Of a stretch of 64,000 bases of DNA, positions 45,597 through 57,299 are shown one piece after another; the stretch's first letter is position 1; every line of letters begins with the position of its first letter. The position numbers and the translations under genes were made by a program. The stretch is taken from the NCBI GenBank assembly GCA_034226945.1, contig CP120461.1:248001-312000 (forward strand), given 5' to 3'. The stretch comes from Picochlorum sp. SENEW3 (lineage: Eukaryota). The notes under the pieces are model-generated. The model was given only the letters and a program-made list of their open reading frames with translations, did not search any database and had not been told where the DNA came from.

Positions 45597-47339
45597 TCAT
45601 GATGTGTCAGGTATTTGAATGGAAAATGCTGCATTGTTGGATTTCTGTTGTGCATCAAGTGCTTTTTTCCAGGCAGTCTGCATTGCCTTGTGGACACGTT
45701 CAATGTGTGACCCTTTGATGTTGAATATGGGGACGCGTTCGTGGGATTTTCCGGTGAATTCTGATCCGCATTGTTTGATAGCCTTGCCAAAGGATGCGAT
45801 AGAGTATGTGCATGTGTTCTTCTGGATTGGATTCAGCCGGTCCTGGGACATGACCCCTGGGTATTCCATTGGCCAGTAGTTCCGGAGCCATTCGCATGAT
45901 AATGGGGAGCTTATCGAGTCAAGGTCACGCTCTTCGTGTTCATCAAACTCATATTTTGTCTTCCATCCTGCTCTATGATGAAATAATGGTTCGCCGTGTG
46001 AAGAAAACTGAATGTATCCTCGCATTGTCCTCTCTCCCTCGTCCTCTTGGTTATTGTTCTTGTCTGCCTCCTCCTCTTGGCTGACAGCAGCAGCAGCGCT
46101 CCATGCAAAGCCGAGCTTGGTTGGAATGAGATAATATTTTTTTGCATCTCCGGCAAGAGCGAAACCAGCTCTGAAGAGGTCTTTATCGCCAAAGGCATAG
46201 GAGAATGTGAAATCAGAATGGCTGCCCATGGCCATGGTGTATTCCAAGGGTTCTCTATGGATTCTCCTGTTCAGGAGCCACTGACCGCTCTCTGTTTCGT
46301 CATCAAATACATAAGGAGCGTCCTTTTCCTCGATGAGATTCATGTCGATCAATTGCCCAAACAGCCCTGGCCTGGAGCATGGCGTATCTGGCCAGAACAA
46401 TGCTCCAGTCTTTTTGTATTCTTCCATGGAAAACATTGTGTCTGGGTCTGCAAGAGGGGAAGAATCTGCATCGAGGTATAGAATTTCTTGATATGGCGCA
46501 AAATATGCTGCAGCCAACTTTAATACCCAGCCGAGTCTGCCGGATTCTTGATTCCTTAAAAACAAATCCCTTTGATGTGCTGGCCACTGAACATTGGTCG
46601 ACAGGTCGACAAATGAGACATCCCCAATGTGCGTCTCGAAGAAATCCCTGGTTTGAGAACTCACATTTTCACTTTTTCCCCAGAAAAATACTGATATTGG
46701 AAGCGAACTGTTCCAATAATGCCGGACAGGCCAGAGTGAAATAAATGCATTGAGCATGTACTTGGGCTCCCCTGCCACCACCAGAATCCCTCGTTTCTCC
46801 TGTTTTAATACCATTGCCTCCCATTCATCATCCATGGACTTTTTATATTTCTTGAGTATGGATCGTAGGAGAGACACATCTGCTTCCAGGACAGATTTCA
46901 TGTATCCTTTTTCGCCCTCTGCCAAACCTTCCTCAAACTTTGCCGTCGTCTCCTTTTCACGCTCCTCTAATGAACGATGCATCTCATCCTTTTCCTTTTG
47001 TAATTGTTCAATTTTGCCTTCTAATGTATGATGTTCATTCTCTGTGTTGTTCTTGTCGTTCTCTAAAGCAGACAGAGACGCTTTAAGCACCTTTTCCCTG
47101 TCCAAAAGCTCATCGTATTCCTCCCTCTTGAGATGTACCAGGTCATCGTCTTGAGCATCAGCATGCTCCGCAGAGGGTATACCATTGTCATCATACGCTC
47201 TGCTGCTCATCGTCATGCATAACGAATGCATCTGATGTGATACAATATCCCTCCTTGTGATGAAAACAAGTAGCAACACCATGGTCGACAAGACCAACAG
47301 CAGGACCCATCTCTGATTGCCACTCTTGCGCGATTTCAT
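45597..47339 (-). CDS. Golgi type-II alpha-mannosyltransferase (GT71, MNN1/MNN2 family)
   Basis: N-terminal TM, coiled-coil stem, ILYLDADS, GALFWPD, ESGQ and GDKDLF. Confidence 0.85.
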   Translation of the reverse strand: MKSRKSGNQRWVLLLVLSTMVLLLVFITRRDIVSHQMHSLCMTMSSRAYDDNGIPSAEHADAQDDDLVHLKREEYDELLDREKVLKASLSALENDKNNTENEHHTLEGKIEQLQKEKDEMHRSLEEREKETTAKFEEGLAEGEKGYMKSVLEADVSLLRSILKKYKKSMDDEWEAMVLKQEKRGILVVAGEPKYMLNAFISLWPVRHYWNSSLPISVFFWGKSENVSSQTRDFFETHIGDVSFVDLSTNVQWPAHQRDLFLRNQESGRLGWVLKLAAAYFAPYQEILYLDADSSPLADPDTMFSMEEYKKTGALFWPDTPCSRPGLFGQLIDMNLIEEKDAPYVFDDETESGQWLLNRRIHREPLEYTMAMGSHSDFTFSYAFGDKDLFRAGFALAGDAKKYYLIPTKLGFAWSAAAAVSQEEEADKNNNQEDEGERTMRGYIQFSSHGEPLFHHRAGWKTKYEFDEHEERDLDSISSPLSCEWLRNYWPMEYPGVMSQDRLNPIQKNTCTYSIASFGKAIKQCGSEFTGKSHERVPIFNIKGSHIERVHKAMQTAWKKALDAQQKSNNAAFSIQIPDTS

Positions 47340-47816
47340 ATCAATCTTTATATATATCTTACAATACAGTCAATGGTCCTACCATTGACTTGAAGGTGCG
47401 TTTGAAACGTCGCCAGAGACATTCGTACAGAGTGCCGTGCAGTTAGAAAAAGAAAACCGCATGCAATGCTATACTGATGCATTCACAGTATTACAAGTAT
47501 ATAAAAGATGTAATCTTTGCAATTGTATTGACAAAAAAATATCCACCATCTTCTGACACTCATCATCCGGATGACGTGGACTCTTGGAAATATTCTGGTT
47601 TGCAACTGAACCAGAATTCAAAAAAGTCATCCATCATTCAGAGAGATTGGTCAATCCCTTGCGGACTTATAGTAAGGTAGTAGTCAATAGATATGACTGG
47701 CGCAAACATCATATGCAGATGTGTAAAAAAAAGCCAGACATCTATGGCATTAATTAAGAGAGAGAAGATTTCCTCCCAAATAGACAGCATGATGGGTCAC
47801 ATCATCATAGCAGATA

Positions 47817-48849
47817 CTATTGCATTCGGATCGATGGTCCATCTCTATCTGGTGATCCTTGTGATGATAATTGTCTCCACACGAGTGCAGCCATGGTATT
47901 ATACGCTGCAGCGACGGGGCTGTTTGGATGTTCAACAATAACCGGAACCCCCTTGTCTGCACTTTCTTGGACCGAGACCATGAGCGGAATCGCTCCAAGA
48001 ACGCCGACATTCATTTCTTCTGATATTTTCTGTGCTCCACCATGTCCGAAAATAAAAGATTCTTTTCCGCAGCCATCGCAGATGAAGCTGGACATGTTCT
48101 CAATGACACCAAGGATGGGCACACCAACTTTTCTAAACATGGTTATTCCTCGTCGCGCATCGCTCAGGGCGAGCTCCTGCGGTGTTGTGACAACGATGGA
48201 TCCAGAAAGTGCCATTTTCTGTGTTACTGTTAACTGCACGTCTCCCGTCCCGGGCGGCATATCAATAACGAGGACATCCAAGGGAGACCATTGCACCTTG
48301 TTGATAAATGTGTCCAGGGCTGACATGACCATGGGACCCCTCCACACTGCAGCTTGAGACGCTGAATCAGGCATAAGGTATCCCATACTCATCGATTTCA
48401 GGGACCCGTATGATGATGGACTCGCGATGGGAAGGATCTTTTCGGTATCTGCATCATCCTTGGTGGTATCAACTGCTGAGAGGAGAGGGAATTATTATAC
48501 CAATAAAAACACACGCCGTACCTGGATCCACAGCAGGCTTTTCGAAATGAACAGCGCCCTCTTCATCCACGTGAGGTATGTTATTCAACAGACGAGGAAT
48601 GGAGGGCCCGTAGATGTCGGCATCCATCAGACCAACCTGCAACCCCAGAGTCTTGGCCAGACTGACTGCCAGGTTGACAGCAGTCGTCGATTTACCAACG
48701 CCACCCTTACCGGATGCAATAGCGATAATGTGTTTTACCCCATTCATATGATACTTTGTAAGGAGAAATTCTGCATTCCATCTGACGGATTTGCAGTTTG
48801 TACCGAGTATTCGAATCCCACTGGAGTCAATTCTCCGTAATACAAACAT
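47817..48849 (-). CDS. IND1: Mitochondrial Mrp/NBP35-family Fe-S carrier for complex I (IND1/NUBPL); exons 48849-48522, 48475-47817
   Basis: [43 protein letters not shown] and ENMS..CDGC. Arg-rich presequence. Confidence 0.9.
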
Positions 48850-48925
48850 AGAAAATTGCATCACAGCGCTATGTGCACTCCTGCCAATGATATGCACTCG
48901 TAAAACATATAAAGGATACATCGGG

Positions 48926-49810
48926 ATGCTAGGGTATGGATCTACTGGTCGCACATTGTTATCCCGTGTGTCTCGGGTGACGACTGCCTGTCGGTCTCTG
49001 CCGAGCTATCAAATTGCACGCAAGCCTAACGGCGTCAGCGATGGGAGCAGATTTCCATGGAAGGATGGTTTTGAAATAGCCTCAAAGACCCATGTGGATG
49101 CTCAGACGATACTAGAGACTCTGAGTCCGTTAATATCAGAGGAAAGAAAAGAGAGGATTGACCTTGTGTGTCGCCAGCGTACATTTGATGTGCTTCCAAT
49201 CATTGAGGATCCGTACGACTGGGGGAATGTTGCTGCTGTGTGTCGATCTGCGGATGCCATGGGTGTTGGGGCTGTGCATATCATTCGTGAGAAAAATACA
49301 GACAAGTATAAACAGAGTACACGGACGTCTGGAGGGGCTGACAAGTGGTTGGATATTCAGCTGTTTGATACGACACGTGAGTGCTTAAGTCGTGCGAAGG
49401 AGAATGGGTTTCAGGTGGTTGCTACCTGTCTTGGAAAGGATGCTGTGCGTCCTGCTGAGATTGATTGGTCAAAGCCGACTGCAATTGTATTTGGAAATGA
49501 AATGAAGGGGGTGAGCAATGAGGTGGTTGAGATGGCGGATGGCATTTGTGAAATTGATATTGATGGGTTTGTTGATAGTTATAATATATCTGTGGCGGCT
49601 GCGTTGATGCTGTGGGAGGCAAGGAGGGTTCGATTGGCCAAGCTTGGGTATCATGGTAATTTGACCGAGAAGGAGATTGAGATTTTACGTGCGGTGTTTT
49701 ACCTGCGCAATAAGGGTGTTTTTCAGCAATATGCGAGTATATTGCTGCGTCAAAAGCCTCCAGAGTGGCAAGTTCATAGGGGTGAATGGCCAGACTCTGA
49801 TGAAGAGTGA
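48926..49810 (+). CDS. trmH: SpoU-family tRNA (Gm18) 2'-O-methyltransferase, organellar
   Basis: [28 protein letters not shown] and [13 protein letters not shown]. An alternative in-frame ATG lies at 48887. Confidence 0.88.
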   Translation: MLGYGSTGRTLLSRVSRVTTACRSLPSYQIARKPNGVSDGSRFPWKDGFEIASKTHVDAQTILETLSPLISEERKERIDLVCRQRTFDVLPIIEDPYDWGNVAAVCRSADAMGVGAVHIIREKNTDKYKQSTRTSGGADKWLDIQLFDTTRECLSRAKENGFQVVATCLGKDAVRPAEIDWSKPTAIVFGNEMKGVSNEVVEMADGICEIDIDGFVDSYNISVAAALMLWEARRVRLAKLGYHGNLTEKEIEILRAVFYLRNKGVFQQYASILLRQKPPEWQVHRGEWPDSDEE

Positions 49811-49818
49811 GTGTTGTG

Positions 49819-52800
49819 TTACAGTTCTACTAGTGATATGGTCTCTATTCCTCGACCTGCTACAGTGATGCTCGTGGAGTTGCTACAGGCCGGTGCTGCT
49901 GTCATACAGTATGGTTCAAGTACTTGTACATGTCTTGAATGAATCTCGCTGAATGATGGCGGGGAGCGAGGTGTTTGTGCATCTGGTCTCCACACCCGCA
50001 CGTATTGGTCCAATCCTACAGATACAATGCGATCTTCTTTGAGGACGCATATGTCTCTGATAGCAGATGCGTGTGCATTGGGAATAGATTGCGTCGCAGA
50101 AAGTGTTAGGGATTCTGGCATCAGGTCTAGCTGAGAGATGCAAAGGCATTGGTCGTCACCTCCAGTAATGAGCCATGTATGTGTTGGGTTTTGGCGCATG
50201 AGTGCCATACAATTTACTCCCGATGAATGTATCTCTCTGTATATTGTTATTGGATGAATAAACTCTGGATCATTGTGTGCCTTCGTGTGGATATTCCAGA
50301 ATAGCAAGTTGCCATTTGTGTCTCCACCGCAGACAGTACTTCCTCCTATGTGAATAAGCGACAGTATGGTCGGGCGTACCATATCTGCAGGTGCCGTGAG
50401 TGTGCCTATTAAAGGCCATTCATGGAAGCTGGAGTTTCCTTGGAGGATTTTGGGAATGTAGCGTACCTCTACAAGACTGTTAGAGTGAGCTGCGACGACA
50501 ACTGCTTGTGCACACTCAGTATTGGCTTGCATGAGACAAAGGGACGTGACCCTAATATCTCCAAAGTCCGTCTTTTCCCGTTTGTTTCCAGATTTCAGGG
50601 CATTTGTATCCACAAAGGTGGATAGGTGGAATGGTTTCTGTTCTCCACTGGAGTATGTCCATGCTGTCAATACGGTTTTGGCACCCCCAGTTACCATCAA
50701 TGTTTTTCCTTGACATACTTGGATGACTTGCATCATTCGGACTGTGGTTCCTAAAGGCTGTGTGCTGAAACACTTGGAGTGCAGGATGATGCCACCTGTG
50801 TCACGAACCCAGCGGCAGACACGCAAGGTTGCATCTTCAGCTGCAGTGACAAGAGTCCCATCTCCCAGATCCACAACACTATTTATCTCGCGACCGTGAC
50901 TCGAGGTACCCAGAATGCGTGGGCTGGTTGCGCATCCCTTGCTGCTCAATTTTCTTGTAAACACATGCAGGTCTCCTACTCCAGAGCTATAACAAAACAT
51001 CACAATGGATCGTGATGCATCATAATGAATATCCCATGGCCTTCTCCAACTGGGACAATAAATACTGCAGAATTCGGACGATAAATCAACATCCCAAATG
51101 GCAAAATAATTCGTGTAAAACCCAATGAGCATATCCCTTGATGCAATCCTCCCACAGATGACTTTTAAAGGTTCAAATCTTTGTTCATTCTTCATTTCAA
51201 TCATGACCACACCAGCATTGTTGCAGTATACATTATAGTGCTGTATGCTAAAATTGCAAGCCCCAGTTTCGACGTGAAACGTATTGTCATGGAGGTGCTC
51301 TATATGAACATACTGCACAGGTGTCCTGTCATGAGCAAACCTCTGCACTGCTACAGCAAGCACATGCCCATGTGTCACAATGAATCCAGAAATACCGCCC
51401 TTGGAAGAACCTAGTATGACCAAACTACCAAGATGGGAGTCTCGTACAGAGAAAGCAGTGATACGGGCTTTATTTGGGCAATCAATCTGTGACACCAGAC
51501 AAGGTATGCCTTCATCTAGTTTGAACAGAAATATTGTCCCCTGGGTTGTGGTACATAATAAGTGCGGTGTACACTGCATCTCAACAAAGAATGCATAAAC
51601 TACATGGCTCGTGCATGTATACTCTGCCTCTTGCACTGATCCGTTTGTCGTGAAAGAGTCACCATTCCGCACCACCTCTACAACATGGACCCTCCCATCA
51701 ACGTCACAGAATGTTAGCAGCGACCCATGGCATTCTATGGATATAATCGGTTTACCAAGGTGATTATGGTATAAAACAGTTCCTTCAGCATCCAGGCTGT
51801 CCTTGGATTTTCTATACATATTGCTGCCTGTATCACTAGACATGTCAAAAGCAAGAACTTGTCCTGCATCCGTGCCAACATACACGACCTGTCCACCGTC
51901 TCCAATACATATCACTTTGATTGTCTCGAATCTATTCTTGGCAATTGCTTGTTTTCGCATGCCATCTGCCCGCACAAGACACCTCTCGAGCCTATCATCT
52001 AGAAGATGCAAAGGCATGCGATCCCCTGTTGTCATTTGAAACCGAGCAACAACGGCATCCTCTTCACCTAGGAACGCAGGAATGAGATACGTATCTAATC
52101 GCTGATGTAAATCACCTGCTCCAAGCTCTAGTAGTCCAGCTCTTTGCCTCGCACGATCATGAGGGACATGATCAAATATATTCCAGACTTTGAGACCCCC
52201 ATCAGCACCTCCACTAATGAGCATATCCTGATGCATCACCAGATTCCACACGCCCCGAAATGCATGCGCTTTAAATCTTGTATGCATCTTATGAGAATCT
52301 CCACGCGAGCATGAAGAGATATCCCAGCAATAAATACAGCCATCCTCTGCACCACTCCATACATGTGAATCATCACAGGAGAAACAAAGTGCCCATATCC
52401 TGCTACCAGACCCTACCAGGTCGATGCAAACATCGTCTTCTTCTTGATCCATACGCCACACTTTTACGATTCGATCATCAGATCCGGAAGCAAGCATGCT
52501 CCCGTCGGTGGACCACGCGACAGTGTGAATAGATCCTTGATGACCAGTAAACCCATGCATATTATACTGATGCACAGCACAATCCAGTCCATCCTTCTCG
52601 CTATTCGGCAGTAAATTAGAAAGATCCACACGTATTGACCATACAACGACATCCCATAGGATTGTACCAGCTGCTACGCGCCATTCATATACATCATCAC
52701 CATCAATATGATGAACCATTCTAATGCTCATCGAGTACAACAGACACCGAGCATCACCAACACAGTCCTTGATCCTCCTCATTTTACTATTTCCATCTCC

Positions 52801-53244
52801 ATCATCACAGTAACAATAAAGGGACACTGAGTTATCAATTTTACCGACAGCAACACAGAGTAAACCTTGTCCTTCCACAAGGCATGACGCCACATCAAGA
52901 ATCCATTTTTCTATCCCACGCACATGCTCTACCACAGATATATCAACCTTTGTCCCACTGCTGCTACTTTTCATATACATCAACGTCAGACACCGTCCTC
53001 CATGAGCAACAACATGGTACTCGTCAACACCACATTGACTCAATGATATTCCATGAACCCGAATCCCATGAGGCATTGCCATACATGAACCAACAACTCG
53101 ACCACGCAGCAGATCCCATACGAGTATCCTCGAACACATGCCAACAAGAACTAGTTTTGTATCCACATTTTCGTTCGACAGAGACACTACGCGTGACAGG
53201 GCCGACATGCCTCCAAAACTTGCATTCACAACATGCCCTTCCAT
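49819..53244 (-). CDS. WDR6: WD-repeat protein WDR6/Trm734 (partner of the Trm7 tRNA 2'-O-methyltransferase)
   Basis: CLLYSM, AAGTI, GHQGSI, SDDR, HGREIN, SGVNC, TGGDDQ, AHASAI and SVGLDQ in the expected order. Confidence 0.8.
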   Translation of the reverse strand: MEGHVVNASFGGMSALSRVVSLSNENVDTKLVLVGMCSRILVWDLLRGRVVGSCMAMPHGIRVHGISLSQCGVDEYHVVAHGGRCLTLMYMKSSSSGTKVDISVVEHVRGIEKWILDVASCLVEGQGLLCVAVGKIDNSVSLYCYCDDGDGNSKMRRIKDCVGDARCLLYSMSIRMVHHIDGDDVYEWRVAAGTILWDVVVWSIRVDLSNLLPNSEKDGLDCAVHQYNMHGFTGHQGSIHTVAWSTDGSMLASGSDDRIVKVWRMDQEEDDVCIDLVGSGSRIWALCFSCDDSHVWSGAEDGCIYCWDISSCSRGDSHKMHTRFKAHAFRGVWNLVMHQDMLISGGADGGLKVWNIFDHVPHDRARQRAGLLELGAGDLHQRLDTYLIPAFLGEEDAVVARFQMTTGDRMPLHLLDDRLERCLVRADGMRKQAIAKNRFETIKVICIGDGGQVVYVGTDAGQVLAFDMSSDTGSNMYRKSKDSLDAEGTVLYHNHLGKPIISIECHGSLLTFCDVDGRVHVVEVVRNGDSFTTNGSVQEAEYTCTSHVVYAFFVEMQCTPHLLCTTTQGTIFLFKLDEGIPCLVSQIDCPNKARITAFSVRDSHLGSLVILGSSKGGISGFIVTHGHVLAVAVQRFAHDRTPVQYVHIEHLHDNTFHVETGACNFSIQHYNVYCNNAGVVMIEMKNEQRFEPLKVICGRIASRDMLIGFYTNYFAIWDVDLSSEFCSIYCPSWRRPWDIHYDASRSIVMFCYSSGVGDLHVFTRKLSSKGCATSPRILGTSSHGREINSVVDLGDGTLVTAAEDATLRVCRWVRDTGGIILHSKCFSTQPLGTTVRMMQVIQVCQGKTLMVTGGAKTVLTAWTYSSGEQKPFHLSTFVDTNALKSGNKREKTDFGDIRVTSLCLMQANTECAQAVVVAAHSNSLVEVRYIPKILQGNSSFHEWPLIGTLTAPADMVRPTILSLIHIGGSTVCGGDTNGNLLFWNIHTKAHNDPEFIHPITIYREIHSSGVNCMALMRQNPTHTWLITGGDDQCLCISQLDLMPESLTLSATQSIPNAHASAIRDICVLKEDRIVSVGLDQYVRVWRPDAQTPRSPPSFSEIHSRHVQVLEPYCMTAAPACSNSTSITVAGRGIETISLVEL

Positions 53245-53494
53245 GGCGCCCTTGAAGGAACGACTGATACCCTCTCTATCTTCTCCCCCAATCACGCTCC
53301 TGTTGCACGCATTAATACCCTACTGTAATTAAAATTCATCTCTGACCATTAAGTACCCTACTGTTGGCATGATCAACGGCAGGACACCGAAGGTGAAAAC
53401 AATGCATGGCATGTCTTTACTCTGAACCAAAACACCTCTATGATAAAAATACGAGCAATGTACGTCTCCTTTCTACTCATACAAATCTGCAAAT

Positions 53495-53591
53495 TTATCT
53501 TAATGCATCTATGAATCATCAGAGAAAGGTAAGCATGTACTTTTTCTTTTCCAAATCATCCAGGCTCTCCCTGGATACGCCCCATCGGCAC
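53495..53591 (-). pseudogene. Decayed 3' remnant of the beta-flower-like gene
   Basis: Homologous to 60234-60330 (CRWG...SLDDLEKKKYMLTFL), with substitutions and a premature stop. Confidence 0.7.
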
Positions 53592-54116
53592 CGCAAGGTC
53601 AAGGCCTCGAACAGACATGTCTGATGAATTCCGTGCCAGCCACAACCCTGAACGCGTGCTCATTGACCAAGGCACAGAACAAGATTGCTCTGACAGCATG
53701 CGGGACAAGCTTCATGATCTTCAGCTCCCCTTTTTATGAGCCTGGTCTCATCAAATGACACACTCGATAAACTGGCGACACGCTGGCATTCCTACTATAT
53801 GTGCCACTTGTCATCACCCTGGCGGAAAGCTCTAGCAAAGCATGCCACAGAGTGGAGACCATGGAAGCCCTTTGTCTTCCATATTCCAAGTAAAAGCAAT
53901 CAGCTTCTTGATGACACCATCAGTGAATTGCTTGGCGATAATACCAGTTGCAAGGGCATTGCTTGCAATCTTTGCAAAGAAAGATGCCGCTGGGGAATGA
54001 TCCCACCAGGGGAGGTATGAATGTATATAGCTCATAGGCAGTATAAAGTAATATCTCAATCTCCTTTTAATGAATCCCGGGACGCAGTGAATGTATCGAA
54101 AGTGAACTACACTAGC

Positions 54117-54403
54117 TCAATTACACAGATACAACAAACCATGCAAAATGCCTCCAACTGCCGCTGAGCCACTTTGTGATTCTCGTTTCTCAAAGCACTG
54201 GCTCTGACCATCATCGCAGGTACAGTCACAATCATTCATGAATTTCTTCTTATTGAGCTTGAGAGCGCAGTTTGTGCTCGCATAGAACAGCCATCAGGGC
54301 AATACACTGTATTGCCATTCAACACATGGGCACTCTGATCTGAAAACATTGTGCAGCACAGAGCATGATGATCGCGACAACAAACCGGTAGCGTTTGCAT
54401 CAT
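54117..54403 (-). pseudogene. Frameshifted small Cys-rich secreted-protein gene, copy A
   Basis: Pieces in different frames: FVVAIIMLC (signal-like), LNGNTVYCPDG, NDCDCTCDDGQSQCFEKRE. Homologous to copy B. Confidence 0.5.
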
Positions 54404-54875
54404 CTTTTATTGCATTGAATGTCGTCGTCATTCGTAAGATCTCGACAATACTTTTACTCAAAAGAAAGGGGACACGTGGAAAATGGAGTTCTTCAATAGT
54501 TACACTGTAAAAAATATTCATCGGTTTGGTTGTCGCTCATTATCGCACTCAAAACAGTACATAAATAGATTATGAAATATCTGAAGAATCATTATAATTG
54601 TAGACTACGTTTAGTTCTGTTCGTACTCATAGAACACTGATCATTTATACATCAGGCTTGGAAGTGAGCAAATTTGCCTATCAAAGGCTGACTAACTACA
54701 TCCCAGAAGATCTTCTGCTCTGGGGTACAAATCAATGGTAAAAAAATCTGCATGCATATGAATCACTAGGTACACATATTCTTGTTTGCCTCAGATGGTC
54801 TGAATTTGAACCGGATCTTGCACTATTATTGCCTCTCATTCATTCATCTATGACCCATCAGGTCACTAGGATAAA

Positions 54876-56273
54876 TCATTTCGCCTCGGCCTTTAGCCCC
54901 CCACATATCAGCCCCTCGAGCACCTCAATAATGTTATCCACAGTCGGGCGCTCATCTGGATCCAGCAACCAACACCGATGCAGCAATTCAGCTAGTGCTG
55001 CAGGCATGTCCTCTGGAATAGGCAATCGCTCTCCCTCGCAGATGGCATAGAGGATCTGGGCAGGCCTAGCGTCGCCCCATGCTAGCTCTCCAGCCCAAAC
55101 CTCCCAGATCAACACGCCCAAGGAAAAGATGTCGGACGCTTTGCTGGTGTAGCCATCGCTCATGATCTCTGGGGAAGCATACGCAATGGTGCTCATGCCT
55201 TCTGTCTTTGCCATGTGGGGTGCATTGATGGATACACGCCCAAAATCAATCAAGCTAGCTGTCATATTCGAAGCCCTTGGGGTTTGATCTTCAGCATCAT
55301 ATACATAATGAAGCATTGCATTGTTGCTGGACAGATCCCGATGAATTATATGGTTCTCATGCATGTACTGAATACCATGGGCAATATTCAGGGCAATGTT
55401 TTTGAGCCGGAGGAGTTTGGCATCTTTGTCTGTATCCTGGAAATCACCTCGTTCCAGAGCATCGCCCAGTGTGCCTCCATTGCAAAACTCCTGTATAAGA
55501 AGAAACTTGAGATTTTTGGGATCTTCTTGCCGTTCTGCTTCTAGTAATCGAAATGTCTGTTCTACTGCTTCCCTCGAATCTGCCAAGTAGTCCAAGGATA
55601 GAATCTCCGCGGCACCATCCTCCGGAGCTGCCACTGACGCTAGATCGACTGTCTTTATTGAATCTTTGTCAATGCACAAGCTGCACTTTGCAATCCTCTG
55701 AGACCCAGACAATGTGCTGCCTTGACGTCTATACACGCGAACCCTGAAGGTTTGGGCTACATTTTCATGGTTCATTCCCATGCCCGCCTGGCTTTCCAAT
55801 TTGACGTTTTTCAACAATTTCTCGCTATCCCCATTCAAAGAGATCAATTTGACGGCTACATCCCCATAGAGATCGTGGTGCCCATGAAAGACCCTTCCAT
55901 ATGAGCCAGACCCAACCATTTTCCCAATAATCAACTCACTCGGTGCAAGGCCACTCGTATAAATATCTCCCATCATTTGAGGTCCCTGGAGTATTTTCGA
56001 CAGATAGTTGGGGTTGCTAGATCGAGCAGCAGGAGCTACTACAACTGAATCTTGGACTCCAGCGTCTTCAGAGTCATAATCTGTGCCACCGTTCTCAAAA
56101 GGAGAGGCAAATATCGATGAAGAATCATGCTCCATTTCTATTGCATCTGTCAGTAGACTGTTGCTGCGCACAGCGACAGGGTGCTTCGATAACACACTGC
56201 AGCTTACGCAGCCGTTGCTCCCAGAAGCAAACCCAAGTTTGTCGATGCCGTTAGCCAATGTCAGTGTATTCAT
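54876..56273 (-). CDS. TKL/MAP3K-like Ser/Thr protein kinase, copy 1
   Basis: GSGSYG, VAVK, HRDLSSNN, DFG, YASPE, SDIFSLG and CW..DPDERP. Long subdomain IV-V insert, intronless. Confidence 0.92.
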   Translation of the reverse strand: MNTLTLANGIDKLGFASGSNGCVSCSVLSKHPVAVRSNSLLTDAIEMEHDSSSIFASPFENGGTDYDSEDAGVQDSVVVAPAARSSNPNYLSKILQGPQMMGDIYTSGLAPSELIIGKMVGSGSYGRVFHGHHDLYGDVAVKLISLNGDSEKLLKNVKLESQAGMGMNHENVAQTFRVRVYRRQGSTLSGSQRIAKCSLCIDKDSIKTVDLASVAAPEDGAAEILSLDYLADSREAVEQTFRLLEAERQEDPKNLKFLLIQEFCNGGTLGDALERGDFQDTDKDAKLLRLKNIALNIAHGIQYMHENHIIHRDLSSNNAMLHYVYDAEDQTPRASNMTASLIDFGRVSINAPHMAKTEGMSTIAYASPEIMSDGYTSKASDIFSLGVLIWEVWAGELAWGDARPAQILYAICEGERLPIPEDMPAALAELLHRCWLLDPDERPTVDNIIEVLEGLICGGLKAEAK

Positions 56274-57056
56274 TCGTTCGTTTATACTTATATTCGTCAC
56301 TAATTTATACAATTATTATATGTATTTATCAATTCCAGGAGGACTCACGCTGACGCATGACTACCGCGGTACTTTCTGGAATGGATGGTTTGGCGAGAGA
56401 GTCCTGTGAAATGTTTCATTCATGGGAACCACCTGTCGACGAGGCGCGCTTGTACCAAATCTTTGGACGAGATATCTCCTTTGGATCCATAGAGATTTCC
56501 CTGTGAAAATCCCTATGGGGCTATGGCCTACCGCGGGGTTGCCATATCGGCATATAATCCACACAATTGGCATGATAATCGACATATTTCGGTTAGGATG
56601 AGATGATTCCATCCTAACAATTCATCTGTACTGTACTCATGTTTGCCATTGGGTTGACAGAAAGAAGTGTGTCGTTACTTGTATTAACACTCGCGAATAC
56701 GCGTAGCAAGGAAAAGGAGTGTATGTTGCCATTGTTGGATCTAGAAATCATAGGAATGCGACCATCTGCCTAGGTGATGCCAATGTCCAAGATGAGCATG
56801 GTCATGGTTTGAATTTCGATCAGTGACTGCATTGGATGAAGATTCCCGTATACCCACTGGAAACACGTGTATCTTTATGAATCGGGCTCAGATTTGGCCA
56901 GCGGTGGATTATATGGTATCCCCTGGTGCCAGAATATCTTTGGCTCGGAAAAAAATCCCAAGCGTGGTGGTGTAGGGATACCGCACCGCCATCATCATGA
57001 CTCATGGAAATACGAGCAAACGTACGTCTCCTTTCCACTGATAGAAATTTTCAACT

Positions 57057-57150
57057 TTATCTGAATGCATCCGTGAAGCAGTAGAGAAAAGCAAACATGT
57101 ACATTTTCTTTTCCAAATCATCCAAGCTCCCTTGGATATTGCCCCATCGG
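57057..57150 (-). pseudogene. Truncated copy of the beta-flower-like gene (last ~30 codons intact)
   Basis: RWGNIQGSLDDLEKKMYMFAFLYCFTDAFR* is identical to the C-terminus at 60234-60326. The upstream repeats are missing. Confidence 0.8.
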
Positions 57151-57299
57151 GCACCGCAAGGTTCAAGGCCTCGATGATTCTGTAGTAGTAGGTATATATG
57201 TGTATAGCTTATAGGCAATGACAAGAAACGTCTCGATCCCACTCGAGTAAATCCCGACACACACGGAGTCTAATACTTGAGTGAATCGCGTGACGTCAA

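Noticed and set aside
53600..54020. 94-aa ORF or possible mobile-element insertion unique to the left repeat unit
   Set aside because: No terminal repeats, target-site duplication or transposase motif seen, and no recognisable protein.
56361..57064. Short ORFs repeated at 59538-60241
   Set aside because: Their recurrence is explained by the near-identical duplication, not by coding constraint. No motifs.
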